DNA of 64,000 nt from Acanthaster planci (GCF_001949145.1 NW_019091359.1:2306540-2370539), one strand, 5' to 3'. Shown: positions 20,131 to 33,779, counted from the stretch's first letter. Numbers and translations: made by a program. Notes: generated by a model from the letters alone, not told the origin.

Positions 20131-21627
20131 CACTGTTCAACTTCCTTGCTCAGACATGTCAGATCGGACTCATTCCCAAATTGGCGGATAAATTTCGCTA
20201 ACTATTGAGGGCGGTATCAAATCAAGGAGCACTTGATTGTGCACCGTTCTTTAGGGTGCAGACCACTAATTCAAGGGAGAATTTCNNNNNNNNNNNNNNN
20301 NNNNNNNNNNNNNNNNNNNNNNNNNNNNNNNNNNNNNNNNNNNNNNNNNNNNNNNNNNNNNNNNNNNNNNNNNNNNNNNNNNNNNNNNNNNNNNNNNNNN
20401 NNNNNNNNNNNNNNNNNNNNNNNNNNNNNNNNNNNNNNNNNNNNNNNNNNNNNNNNNNNNNNNNNNNNNNNNNNNNNNNNNNNNNNNNNNNNNNNNNNNN
20501 NNNNNNNNNNNNNNNNNNNNNNNNNNNNNNNNNNNNNNNNNNNNNNNNNNNNNNNNNNNNNNNNNNNNNNNNNNNNNNNNNNNNNNNNNNNNNNNNNNNN
20601 NNNNNNNNNNNNNNNNNNNNNNNNNNNNNNNNNNNNNNNNNNNNNNNNNNNNNNNNNNNNNNNNNNNNNNNNNNNNNNNNNNNNNNNNNNNNNNNNNNNN
20701 NNNNNNNATACACGACATAATGGCTGTGGTGCTTAAGGGTGCCGACCATGAATGAGCTTCAATAGACAACGATAGTAAACATCCCCTCATCAAAAAAGCA
20801 GGAAACTTCTCACAAGTTTCTCAGGTATTCAAAACACACATCCACTTAAAGCTTCCTCATCTTTCTTTTTTCTTTCAATTTTCAGGGGCTTATCTAATTT
20901 CTCCACAGAAAACCGTCCTTCCAAACAGTCAGGAGGCCTATCACCATTTTGAAAATATTGATGCCTACACTCCGTTACAAAACAGAGCAATTTGGATAGC
21001 ACCGTACGTTTGGTCCGGTATTTTCAGAAATACAAGCTGGCAATATCCTCCTTCTTTACAAATCACCCAGTCCATGTTCCATGAAATGTTCTAATATCAG
21101 AGAGTATGGCAGCTACAAATCGTGATTCGGTTCGCGCAGGCAATTTTGGACCTATTTACTAGGGCCTGCAACCTTCAAGATTTTCTTTGTCGAGTTAGGC
21201 ACTACGAAAGCGCTGCCGTAGTGCCATCAAGTATATATTTTTAAAAAATGAAGCACTGTATATATTTTCAAAGTCCGTTTTCATGAAGCTTTTTTTTCCA
21301 AAGTTCGTTTGTACGAGAAAGGTAACTATTCGCCAGTTCTTTCTCAGTTATGTCCTTCCTCCATGGTTACGGGATCAAGTTTTTGAAAAGTTAATGTTAT
21401 TTCTATTTTTAAACAACAAATCGTTTTTCGGTGTTTTAAAGGATATTTCTTCCAAGTTCCAAAAATAGGCAAAATGTTTCTAAATGTACATCTCATCAGA
21501 CCGAGCTGAGGAGTATATGTCTCGAACAAACTTTGGTAAAAAAAATAGGACGAAAAATGTCACATTTTTAAAATACCGGTAATTTACTTCATGCACGTAA
21601 TACGTTCGGATCTTGGCACTTTTTTTC

Positions 21628-21905
21628 AGAAATGGCACAAGAGTTTTGTCAGGAGTGCAGTTGCTCGTATATTCACCCGGTCGCAATTTCAACGGCGGTA
21701 GAAAGAGGTGCGGAGTAGGGAAGTTGTGAGATCATCAGCATTGACAATGCCATGAATATAAGCCTGGGCTTCCGTTTTAGGAATTAAAGAAATGGCACAA
21801 GAGTTTTGTCAAGAGTGCCAAAAACAGTTGCTCGTATATTCACCCGGTCGCAATTTCAACGGCGGTAGAAAGAAGCGCGGAGTAGGGAAGTTGTGAGATC
21901 ATCAG
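21628..21905. repeat. Local direct duplication: ~110-bp block at 21628-21738 and 21788-21905; the ~50-bp spacer recurs at 22427-22476
   Basis: Near-identical sequence visible directly (aaatggcacaagagttttgtca...gttgtgagatcatcag; attgacaatgccatgaatataagcctgggcttccgttttaggaattaaag). Confidence 0.85.
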
Positions 21906-24387
21906 GCATCGCCTGTGCGCTATACTTTGGGGCAATTAATTTGAAAGAATGAATACTTTTGCCAGTTGGGCCTACTTAAAATTAAAATGGAAAAAAAAAT
22001 CAAATGAGAGGGGGGGGGGGAAATTGAGGAATTTTTTCTTTTTCAGACTGCGCCACCAATACCCAAGCAAATAAACACACGAATTTGTTTCAAGTTCAAG
22101 AAGCACCGATGTACAGAATTTCCAGAGGAAACCTTTCCACAGCTGAGACCCCCTAAAATGACGTTTACATTATGTTCACAAATTGTGATGACGTAAGTTA
22201 TAATTTATCACAATCGAGCTGATCCAACGCGTCTCGCGTACGTTGCGTCTGTCTGCAGCTTCTGTCGCTTCGGTGACGTCCGGCGTCGCGTCCTTCAGGT
22301 GTTATTCCATGTAGGACTTTTGTCACACTGTCAGCTTGTAAAAGACTAAGAATTTAAGTTTACTTCAGAAAAAAATTGGTCAAAGTACAAAAATGGCACA
22401 ACGCCGACGCTATTAACACTGGCAGTATTGACAATGCCATGAATATAAGCCTGGGCTTCCGTTTTAGGAATTAAAGTTGGGAAAATAGAGAGGGAACAGT
22501 TGAGGAAGAGAACGAGGATGAAATAAGTTCTTCCCCAAAAATAATTATATAGGGGGCCTAAAGTATATTTGCTGGAAGACTTGAATGATGCTAGAAATGA
22601 TAAATTAACTAACTATGAATATAATCTACTTCTAAATATCTCAATGGCTAAATGACTGAAACTCTACTTCTGAAAAGAAAACTCTTGAATAACTCAAGTT
22701 TCAAATAATCTAGGCATTGAGTACTACGTACCTGTAAAGTTTAGTTCAAGACTCAGTAGGACTGTGTCTTTTAATTTCTACCTTGAACCGAGACTGTGTT
22801 TGCATGTGGGCCAAGCTAGTACATCGACTTCAACGGGGTCTATTGCAAGCGTGCGATACTACGTGTACTCTCTGCATTCATGCAATGTACATGTACACTG
22901 TACATGTAGGTTTTCTGCCGATGACGTCATCGAAACAGCTTGGGAGCGCGAATGGCTAAAGGGGGATTTTTTGTGGGCGGGGAAACTCAGGATCGTTTTA
23001 TTCATTTTGGGTTCACGATTTATGGGGTAAACATTGAATTTATGATTTTTTAAATGGTTAGGTATTTGTTATTTTGAAATATTTCATGTGAACTAAATGT
23101 TTTCAATTTCTATTAACCTTTAACCACAAGGCATTGGTTTATTATGGCTGCTAATTATTTTCTTTTTGTTTTGTTTGTCTGTTTGCTTGTTTTGTTTTTT
23201 CATATAAACCATTTGTCGCCGCCAAGGACATGTACATTCTTTTAAGAATTCTTTTTGTTATTTCTGCGATTGATTTTGGGGTCAAAGCGCAGAAGACGCT
23301 GCTACTGAGTGGACATCCCCCCCCAAAAAAAACCTTCCATAAACCAGAAACGCCTTTCTTTAGTAAGCAGAAATGTTTTGGGAGCCTACAACATTTCCAC
23401 AAATCAACCAAGGAGATTTAAAGACCTCCTTTGCTTGGGTAAACCGATTTGCCAGGGGGCAAAACCATACTTACAAAAGAGATAATGTTACAAAATCTCA
23501 ACCAGCAACTCCTTTGTATGTAAACAATTGGTGAAAAGCACACATGGCGACAGGTGACGCGTATATACGCTATGAACCTTTCGTATATTGAACCGGTGGA
23601 CGTGTGGACACGCGCCACATTACCAGGGCAGCTGAAAAATGGCTTGACAGAAGAACTCGGGGAGATGAATAAAAATACTGATGCCTAAACTCAAAGAGTT
23701 GTGCCTCCCTGCATACTTATGGGTGCCAGATATAAATTGCAAGGTTGGAGATTTTGAAGGAAAAAAACGCACCCAGCAGCTTTATGGAGGAAGAAACCCG
23801 ATGAGGATTTTCGTAGCTGAATACTAAGAAAGATTAATGTTGCTACATAGTTTATAATATCGTACGTGTAGATCGGTGCATTGTTTGCAACGCTTCGTGA
23901 AAGTACAGGTCTTTTCCTTCCTCAGCGGTGGAAGCGATATTTGCAAAATACCTTGTCTCTGTTTAGATCTTTTTACCGTACGGCGATGCCAGTATATACA
24001 TTAGTACATACCTTCACTTCTGAAACACTGTCGTAAGATTTTCATAGCCATATTAAATTCATACCGTGACGCAACTTCTTGACACAAAAACAAAAAATAC
24101 AACGACTCCACGCCTGCTACGGGCTCACGGCAACTGTTGGTGGTACCATGGAGCTGGAGCTATAAAAACGTGGCACATGTGCATCTATGAACTGCTGCTG
24201 GTATTCATAAACAGAAAGCTTCAAGGATTATTGCTGATGTTAGCAGATAAAATGTACATGTACTTGGATGGTTTCAGGGTCAGTCTTCACAATCTCGCTG
24301 GATGATAAGGCGGAGAAACTTGGGGCTGCCTAGTGGCTTCAGAGTTTGAGACATTTGGAGGACTGGAGCTTCAAGACTATCGCCAAC

Positions 24388-26164
24388 ATGGCACGGAGAC
24401 GTACGCCTGGGATCGCAGTCTTACCTGAAATCGAACACTCTCAACCCAAACTTCATCAGGATTTGAATGAAGGTATGGGACGTCTTACAGTAGTTTCATC
24501 ATCAAAGAACAAGAAAACGGTTTAGTAACCACAGCTTTGTTATACGACACAAGCCTCGTTTTCACGTTGCCGAGTCATGAGTGTGTACCATTACATATAC
24601 TGTGAAATTATAAATTATATGGCTCGATGTTTTCTGTACACGTGTCCTATTACACACACTCCCGACGTTTGACCTCAGCCAGGCGACGCTCTCACCTCTC
24701 ATACAATTACGGGTCACCACAGCCGAGTTGTGTTTCCAATGGTCAACCAGCGAGCTACCATACATTTTTCTTTCCGTCTTGTGCATGTACAGGTACATAA
24801 TTCTGAGCAAACACCACCTGGTGAACTAATTTTCCCTGAAAACAAATCGCACAAAACCGTCCTCTGCCCCGTTTAAAACAAACTTTCCTTGCTCCACGCT
24901 TCCGATGTCATAAATGTAAATTACCTTTCACAGCAGACGCTAGGCCCTACTCCTCGTTTTTTTCTCAAATAATTGTTCGACTTTCATAAAGTTTAAAGCA
25001 AATGCTTTAAGTGCTACCTAGACGTATAACCTTTAATCGTCGTCAATGGATCAATGCATTACATGTAGAGGACATGCATGTTGTCCGTAACATGCACGCA
25101 ACTTCCCTCGCTGGCTTAAATGAAATCTCACCCTTTTCCACGATTCTTTAGCCTTATAGCCCATTTTTTTTCAATTTCCCGGTCTGTATTACTTTATTTG
25201 AACTTGTGTAAGAACGCTCTATAAATGCCCGATTCCTCATTATTATTATTACTAGTTTGACGAAACTAGAACCATTGATGTGCACAATATATATATATAT
25301 ATTTGAAATATTGAAATATTTTGGGAACAGCATTAAGGTTTACGACAAACACAAAGCCTCTCGACAACAAACGCGCCGATGAAACAAAATGCACACGTTA
25401 GCAACCGATCTTGGAAACGTTAAAAGTTTGTGTATAGTTCTACATAAATACTTTAGTCAAACGCACATCTGTCAACTCAACCAAACACTGGAAATGTTTA
25501 AAACAGATGCACACTGCAAAATCTAGACAGTAACAAGCTATCTAGCGCTTTTATCTTGAAAAGTATTTCTGATACTAACGAAACTGGCAATTAAGAAAAA
25601 CATAAAATTGCTTTTGTTTAGAGTATAGTAAGGCATTTCCTTGAATGACAAAAACTGTACACTAAACAAATGGACAGTTCCAGGCATGGGAAATATTAAG
25701 AAAATTGCTGGCAGTAACTAAAAAAAAAGCCTTTCGGAAGTTTCCTCTCGCGTTGTCAAAATTCACAAATCTAGCTTGTGACGTCCAGATCGAAAGGTTT
25801 TCACAAACTCTGCGTGTGAAATAGTCTGTGGTACCTCAAAGTGAGACAGCGGATTTGTTTATCCTCGCGATTATCACAATGCTTAAAATCCCTATTCAAG
25901 AACTTATATTCACTTGAAATATTCATTGGTCTCCTTTGTATAAAATCAAAATTGACGTGACTGTCATGAACATGTGGATGAATTGAAACTAGACTTTCAG
26001 CAGAGATGGCAGCACTCAGCTCCATACTGCTCAGAGAGCTGACATGTCTTACAAGGAATGTTTATGGGCTAGGTGAGACGGCCTGCAGGGATGATTGGCG
26101 CACTTTATGCTCTAGTGTGCCGGTGAATTTGTGCAGTTTATCAAGAAATGGACGCCGGATATAA
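24388..26164 (+). CDS. Hypothetical two-exon small protein, 82 aa, no recognised family
   Basis: Strong start context GCCAACATGG after an in-frame stop. Exon 24388-24472 (donor AG|gtatgg, phase 1) joins in frame to 26001-26164 (acceptor ctttcag). No homology recognised. Confidence 0.3.
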
Positions 26165-26733
26165 CTGAGTACAGCGAGCCACACAATAAGATTTGAGTTA
26201 TCTGGGGAAAGATGTATTTGATCGAAGCACATTCACAATTAACAACTGTAAAATAATCAAGACAGAAAGTTATAATTATTTGAACAAAAACACACTTTTC
26301 TCACTGAGCTATGTAAAAAAGCCTAAAGAACAGAAATACAATGCAGTAGGGAAATCTGTCCTGAACCAGGCAATAAGAGAGTCTCACTAGTGACTCTAAA
26401 ATGTGGATATAATGCCAACCTCATAAATACATTCACAATTTGTCTTAAGTGATAAGGTACAAAGTCACCTTATCTGAAGCAATCTTGAATACACACAAGT
26501 TGATCATTGTCAAGTCGTAGGGTCATCACAAAAATCTCATATTCAAATGCAGAAATGCATTACAGTTATACAACATTTAAAGCATTTGTGAAAAAGAACA
26601 GGGAAAAGGTCAGTACGTGTGTTAAAAAAAATCACTAAAAATGATTAGTCTTGTTCCCAATGTTTCAACGATTATAAAACACTTTTTTAAATCCAACATT
26701 ATCACAGTGTCTTTCTAGGAAGATAAACAAACA

Positions 26734-29700
26734 TCAAGATTTGCTTTCTCCCTTCACATAGACTGCATCTTGACTACCTTCTGAGGATGCTCCCGTGGTT
26801 GCCTGGACAACCACATCTTCATTGTTCAGGACAGCACTTGTTACATTGGCATTAGAATCTCTGTCCAAATCCGATGGAGCCGCTACTTCTTTACTTTCAC
26901 TGATGTGGTGGACTCCATCTTCGGCCGTATCTTGGCCCGCCTCCTCTGCCTCTTTCACCATCTCCCTCTCCTTGTCCTCACCGACAGGGTACAGCTCTGG
27001 GTACTGCACCATGCACTCCTGCATGGTGCGGAAGCTGTCAATGCAGTCTGATCCTTTAGGGTCGGCCTCGCTGTAATGGAAACAGGAGAATGCCTCGCGG
27101 AATTCCACCCCACAGGGCCCGCTGGCCATGCCCCCTAAGCATGGGCAGTTCCAATTGATGTCACCGTTTGGAAGGATAAGACCTAAACAACATAAAAACA
27201 TCCCAAAATAGCATTTTAATTGCAGATTACAGGTGCTTGTTGCTACTGAGGTAGTTTCTGTGAGCGCCAATATAATTAAACTCCTCAAAATGAACAACTA
27301 CAAGGAATATACATGTACATGTACCGGTAGTTTGGTATTCTTTATCCAACCAAACAATGAATTAACTGCAGTGATGTCTTCACAATTTAGCTCAAGTCCA
27401 GCTTGAGGCTAACTTGGGACTGCAGACCGCTCACAGATAACACTGAAGACTGAATACGTCAGCTACTTTGCTGCTTTTAATAGTCACATGGACTGGTCTT
27501 CTCAAGGAGATACGTGTATGTCTGACACAAACACAGTTAGCCAAATACAATTAAAACAAGGCCCTCGTGGTGGATTTTACCAACAATTCTAACAAGTTAC
27601 GGTATGCGATCAGATGTATACCAGTAAAATTGATGACCACCTAAGTCATGTATGTGATCTTCTTTGGAGGGTCTCTTTTACAGTATGATGTGTCAGGAAA
27701 CAAGTTTACAAAAGGGCACTTCAATTTCGGTCTAGACGGCAAAAGGGGGAAAAATGTGTGACATTTGGAATCATCATACTTTCAAGAATAAAAACAACTC
27801 ACTGCAACTTACTTTGATTTATGAAGTATCTATTTTGTTGTTGGTTGAGTTGGGGGCATAATTCCTCAAGTTTTGTACCTGTCTCAAAACAGTTGCCACC
27901 ATTCCCTTAGTTGATAGATCATTAGGAATCAAATGCATTTGACTTACAACTTCGAGGTTTTTCTTGATATCATGCGGCTGCATTAATCTCTTAGGATGTA
28001 AGGTCTTTCCATCAAACAACCTGTTTATAATTTTATGAATCTTCATGTCATGCATGTGGGAATTTGCAATTCCAACTTGTATGAGATGAGCTTCCAATCC
28101 TTGGATGTAACTTTTGTTATTTGAAAGATGATTTTTAACGATTGGAGTTGGAGTCAGTCGTTGTGTCAAAGGTACAACCACCATACTTATGATGCAGCTC
28201 CTCTTCAGTGGGAGACCATGTCAAGTTACATGTATATGATCATGTTGCCCGACACTTTGATTTACATCGGCCCTGTCTAATCCACAGATTGGCAATTTGT
28301 CTAAAAAAAAGCAAGTGATTCAATCCGATCCTGAGATTTAGTACAATGTGGCAATTTTCCAACTTCAAAGTTGGCATCTTGCATGTATTGTCCTGCAAAC
28401 CTGCAATTAATTCACATTTAAATTGTGCATGTCCACAAGATCAAAACACACTAAAACTGTTACAACACAAAAGGTTGGAGTGCTGGTTCACAGACTTGTC
28501 AACTTCTCAGAATGTACTGTACACGTACATGAACTGCTAAAAAATGGCCTTTCTATGGCAGGCTGCATGTTGTGCACTATCCTGTGAATTGCTTGTACAA
28601 ACCACTCTCACATTGTCTACTGTCCTTACAGTATGGCTGGCCAAAGTTTGCAGAAATATCATCCTTGGTTGATGTAAGATTTCACCTCAAATTTTATATG
28701 TGCATTACTTTTGAACAGGGTGGTGTTTTTATTCAGTATTAAGTAGTAGTGTTTTAAAACTTGGGCATTTTGATATCTAGGATGTTTTAAACTCAATGAA
28801 TTATTCTTGTGAATCTCGACTGACCCAAGGGGGCACAGGGACTGCACTGTACCGGGTTTGTCTGATGTCTTACCTTCTCCTTCTTCGTCATCTTCCTCAT
28901 TGACCAGATCTTTCACACTCTTCGTTTGAATTGGCTCATCTTGATCCTCTTTGGTCAAAAATATGACCCTGTCTTTTCCTGATAAAGAAAAACCACAGAT
29001 TGTCACAACAAATGCAGAACAGCTAGAATGAGAGGTAACAAACTTTGAAAAAAAGCCAGTGTTGTATTTAATCCCTAGTTGGTAGAAATAGCTACTGGGG
29101 AAGATGCTGTTCTTTTTTCTTTACCTGTTAACTTTCGCAATTTTTTTTCCGGCCATTTTTTAATGAAAAGTTAACACAAGCTTAAGCCAGAAGAAACAAA
29201 GTGGGTTTATCAATTAAATATGATTGGTGTGGTTTTTGTGGATTTCTTTGCAAGCAGTAACATAGCTGGGAGGGCCTGGGGGCTGGGGGCCCACCCCTAT
29301 CAATAAAAAATTGTCCCCAGCGGAAATTACGTGTATGATGTATGGACATGATGGAAGAAGTCAGGCATCAGGGCTACCCCAGAACTGTGGGGTCCGCCCG
29401 GAATCTGTCATGTGGGAGCGGGGCGGACGTCGGACGGACCCCACAGTTCTGGGGGTAACGGTAGCATCAGGCATGTCAGGGCATGGCGGTAGTCGGGTAC
29501 CTACTGTAGATATCGCCTCTCTCAGCAAACATGGCAAATGAGTCCTTGCTCCTGTTACGCCCCAACTATAGCATAAGTCCCAACTATGGGACAGTCCCAA
29601 CTGTAGTGCTGCAGTTGGGCTGGCCCAACTATTGTTGACCAATGTCTGTGGAAAATGTCTCAACATTATCCAAGCCAATGTGTCTCACATGCACACTTGA

Positions 29701-29991
29701 CACAATTCATCTAATGTGGCACTTCATCTGTTCATCTAGCCCTAATGAATAATGAAATGACATTTGTGAACAATATGGCTTTGGCAAATACTGGGCACAT
29801 CATGCACGCAGGACCTCTCTGCTATAGTTGGGCCGGCCCAACGTAGCACTCTAGTTTGGACGGGCCCAACTATAGTGGGGACTGATGCTATAGTTGGGGC
29901 GTAACACTCCGGCTAAGTTACAACTTAGGTCCCTAGGGGCCCTACATTTACAGACACGACAGAACTTACCTTCCTGTCTACAGTAAGACAT
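26734..29991 (-). CDS. CHCHD4: Mitochondrial intermembrane space import and assembly protein 40 (MIA40), 191 aa
   Basis: Exons 29970-29991, 28874-28978, 26734-27182: [19 protein letters not shown]...[38 protein letters not shown]...[15 protein letters not shown]. Has the CPC redox motif, twin CX9C and an acidic tail. Confidence 0.97.
29375..29458. mobile_element. Short hairpin MITE family (TIR taccc(c)cagaactgtggggtcc); other copies at 36018-36081 and partial at 10379-10410
   Basis: The same TIR recurs three times in the window and is inverted at both ends in two copies. Confidence 0.7.
29553..29906. mobile_element. Non-autonomous TIR element, TGT...ACA ends with a 4-bp target-site duplication (Ginger-like)
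   Basis: TIR TGTTACGCCCCAACTATAGCAT / ATGCTATAGTTGGGGCGTAACA, flanked on both sides by ctcc. A degenerate relative lies at ~9927-10343. Confidence 0.75.
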
Positions 29992-31538
29992 TTTCAACCA
30001 CGCTGCTTGCCCCTATTTTTGAATATTAATAAAGAAGAGTATGTTCTTGTCATTCGGTTAATTTCTGCATTGCGCTGACAGGCGATCACACACCACGCGT
30101 TACGACGTACCGCGCCGGTACGGTAGGCCTAGGCGGTCGGTCGAATAGCGCCGCGATCGTTAGCGGCGCAAAAACCACGCGTGATGTAATCCACGTGCGA
30201 GGTCAAAATGAACTTCCCTCAGTCTCCTCGTGTACGGTATCCGTGCCGCGCGTGCAAATGCTGTCAGAAGGGATTTTAAAAAGTAACATCAATCAGGGAG
30301 GGGTCACTTGAAACCATTTAAGGAAAACATTGCGTACATACCACTGCTTCCAATCAAGCCCGGCTGCTGTTGTATGTAGTGGTCAAAACATTCTCAATGG
30401 CGTTGGCACGTACATGTTCATGTACCTCCAAACGTAAGTTCACAAGTCCCCACCCTTTTGGAACATTTGAAAGTACAAGCTTCCACCCCGCCCGGACGCC
30501 AGTCATACTCAGCACTGCCAGGTGCTACATTAACGTTGTTGAAAAGTTGTTTCTTGTTTTCCATTCCTTTTCATGGGCCTTTGAAAGAAAGCAAAGTGCC
30601 AGTTCTGGTTTTTGTTTTTGAGTCATATAAAGGAAAAAATCACCGGCGTACCACCTAGCCCCTAAAGACGTACTGTTTATTTCGTTTTCCTGGTGGCGGC
30701 ATTTTTAGCCTGGGGTGGAATTTGGAAATAACTTTATGCACTCAGTTATGGCTTTTCTGAGGGGTGAGACTAAATTACACGTGGAAAAGAAGTAAATTAG
30801 TTCACATTTAGTCTTCAAAATTGCTCTTTTCTTATTTTTTTTTTGTATAAAATTAACTTACTTTGTTGGGTTTATAGAGATGGCACCTAATCGCATCTCC
30901 CCTGAATCGCCAATGGACTAGGACTGGTACGCACTCAGGAACGGTTGTTTCACAGTATTTTAGGAGATAATTTTTCTAGTGGCAATTAGAACTTAATAAG
31001 CCGTAATTTCTGCAGATTTCTTGTTCATTACTATAAAAATCAACTACCCAGTTTGTGTCACTGTGAATTACAATTGATCAGTGCCTTTGGCATACTGCCA
31101 AGTTTACTTACAACATTTTGAAAAATAATTTTTCAACTGAGAATACTTCTTAGGTGAGTTGGAAAGAAAGTAATCGGTATCTTTATTATCAAATAAACAG
31201 GCTATATTTTTCTCCCCCATAATAGTGTTTGATGAGCCCGAACGAGCATTTGCTCTTGAATTTGCCCTCCCCCCCGACACCAAAGCTGGATACGGTGGAC
31301 AAAACTGATCCCCGTACCCGCAGAAATTCTTGGATCGGTCCCTGTTTCATGATATCCCCCCACCCACTTTCAAAATGCCACAGACTGAGGACCTCAAGTA
31401 AACTCAGGTCCTCAAAGGTTACCCCCGATACCGTGAGTATTAAGTTGTAAAGAACACGCGACGGGCCCGCTGTTTGCATCCGATGACGGGAGTCCGATGA
31501 CCTCCTATCCTGCTTACTAATGCAAACTTCTTACTACC

Positions 31539-31770
31539 GCCCTCGACTAGCTCGGTGGTACTATTAGACCACTCGGAGCTCGAGGTCGGTGGTTCCGATC
31601 GACAAACGACATGCAGTGGTGTAAAATTATTTTGTCACTGTGACCTGAACCAAACACATCGACTGTTTTCAGTTTGATAATGTCCTTCATTTGAATTCAT
31701 TTCTCAGAGAATACAGACATATGGTACAAAGCCAAGTGAAGCAACAGACTTAAACAACATTTGTTAACAA
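31539..31770 (+). mobile_element. Probable tRNA-derived SINE (degenerate)
   Basis: Pol III A-box-like TAGCTCGGTGG (31548) and B-box-like GGTTCCGATC (31591). I see no intact cloverleaf. Has an A/C-rich tail ttaaacaac. Confidence 0.45.
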
Positions 31771-31824
31771 CTCTAAAGGAGGCTCTTAAAGCGAATTCAA
31801 TCACTGTCGAGAGGGTCTCCTCAG

Positions 31825-33779
31825 TAAAATGTCAACAAAATAATACAAAAACACACTGAAATCACATACAGAGATTTATACACACAAAACACAGAATTAA
31901 TCAAATCAGTTTGTCATTATGGTACGGATACATATAAACAACTTTGTCTTCTGGCACAATGAAACAAAATAATGAGACTTATTATAAACCGACTTTTTAT
32001 AATACCAATAGGAGCATTACTGGGACTAAAGCCGCCAACTTCTCCGACAATCATTCGACACTAGTCACCGTCACCGTCACTGCATGCACAAGCGCAGCAC
32101 TGTACTGCAAAAGAGACTCGTAAAGTTTAAGGTTAAACTTTATTTTAAAAAACTATGCACAACATTCATAAAATTCTAAAACATTTGCACTATTAATGTC
32201 CAATTGTTTAATTTTTATACCATTTCTAATTTTATTTGTAGCCGATGGTCTTTTAATAGATTTATTTTTACCAGAAATTAGAGCTAAAATAAAAGAGATA
32301 ATGCACGAGGACGAGAGCCAATCAATTCCAACATCATGAACATGGCAGCTTCAAGGGAAAGTTCAACTTCAAGCGGTCGTGAAACCGTAGTAAACATTGG
32401 AAATGGAAACGTATCTCCTACAGTCCCGTCCAAAACAGGTGCGATTTTTTAACTAAGGGCGGAAATAACTTAGCTAATTCTTACTAAGTGCGAGAGTTGG
32501 CAGTGTCGTGGACACTCGAGGTTTCATATTGAATGATGTGTGATTTATTTAATGTGCCTCGCCCGTGTACGTACATGTACCTCCACTTTCACTGATTCAC
32601 ACTCATGGGCGTCTGTATTAAAGTTATTAAAAGACTGGAGTAGGCTTGCGTGCGTCGTTGCACCAGACCGAGCGGGACAGTTTTTTGGGGGAGGGGTAGC
32701 TTCTTCGGGGTTCATTACCTTTAACACCCTGTTCCTATTATAAAATAGGCCTAGGCCTAACTTAAATATAAGGAAGGGAACAAATTCTACTTTTTTGAAA
32801 CAACNTAAAATGTCAACAAAATAATACAAAAACACACTGAAATCACATACAGAGATTTATACACACAAAACACAGAATTAATCAAATCAGCTTGTCATTA
32901 TGGTACGGATACATATAAACAACTTTGTCTTCTGGCACAATGAAACAAAATAATGAGACTTATTATAAACCGACTTTTTATGATACCAATAGAAGCATTA
33001 CTGGGCCAACTTCTCCGACAATCGTTCGACACTGTCACCGTCACGTCACTGCATGCACAAGCGCAGCACTGTACTGCAAAAGAGACTCGTAAAGTTTAAG
33101 GTTAAACTTTATTTTAAAAAACTATGTACAACATTCATAAAATTCTAAAACATTTGCACTTTTAATGTCCAATTGTTTAATTTTTATATCATTTTCAATT
33201 TTATCTGTAGCCGATGGTCTTTTAATAGATTTATTTTTACCAGAAATTAGAGCTAAAATAAAAGAGATAATGCACGAGGACGAGAGCCAATCAATTCCAA
33301 CATCATGAACATGGCAGCTTCAAGGGAAAGTTCAACTTCAAGCGGTCGTGAAACCGTAGTAAACATTGGAAATGGAAACGTATCTCCTACAGTCCCGTCC
33401 AAAACAGGTGCGATTTTTTTTAACTAAGGGCGGAAATAACTTATCTAATTCTTACTAAGTGTGAGAGTTGGCAGTGTCGTGGACACTCGAGGTTTCATAT
33501 TGAATGATGTGTGATTTATTTAATGTGCCTCGCCCGTGTACGTACATGCACGTACCTCCACTTTCACTGGTTCACTCTCATGGGCGTCTGTATTAAAATT
33601 ATAAAAAGACTGGAGTAGGCTTGCGTGCGTTGTTGCACCAGACCGAGCGGGACAGTTTTTTGGGGGAGGGGTAGCTTCTTCGGGGTTCATTACCTTTAAC
33701 ACCCTGTTCCTATTATAAAATAGGCCGAGGCCTAACTTTAAATATAAGGAAGGGAACAAATTCTACTTTTTGAAACAAC
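31825..33779. repeat. ~975-bp tandem duplication (31825-32804 / 32806-33779) joined by a single N; includes SLC35A2 exon 1
   Basis: The copies differ only by scattered SNPs and small indels, and the junction is exactly one N at 32805. Confidence 0.95.

Noticed and set aside
24440..24510. Minus-strand ATGATGA...CTGA resembling a C/D snoRNA
   Set aside because: The boxes are only ~45 nt apart, with no clear terminal stem or downstream D box and no host intron established.
27819..28184. 121-aa ORF inside CHCHD4 intron 2
   Set aside because: No recognisable motifs or convincing splice signals; likely chance or a decayed repeat.
33270..33308. u[15 protein letters not shown] overlapping the SLC35A2 ATG (ATGA)
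   Set aside because: It contains the CCAAT box, so it probably lies upstream of the transcription start.
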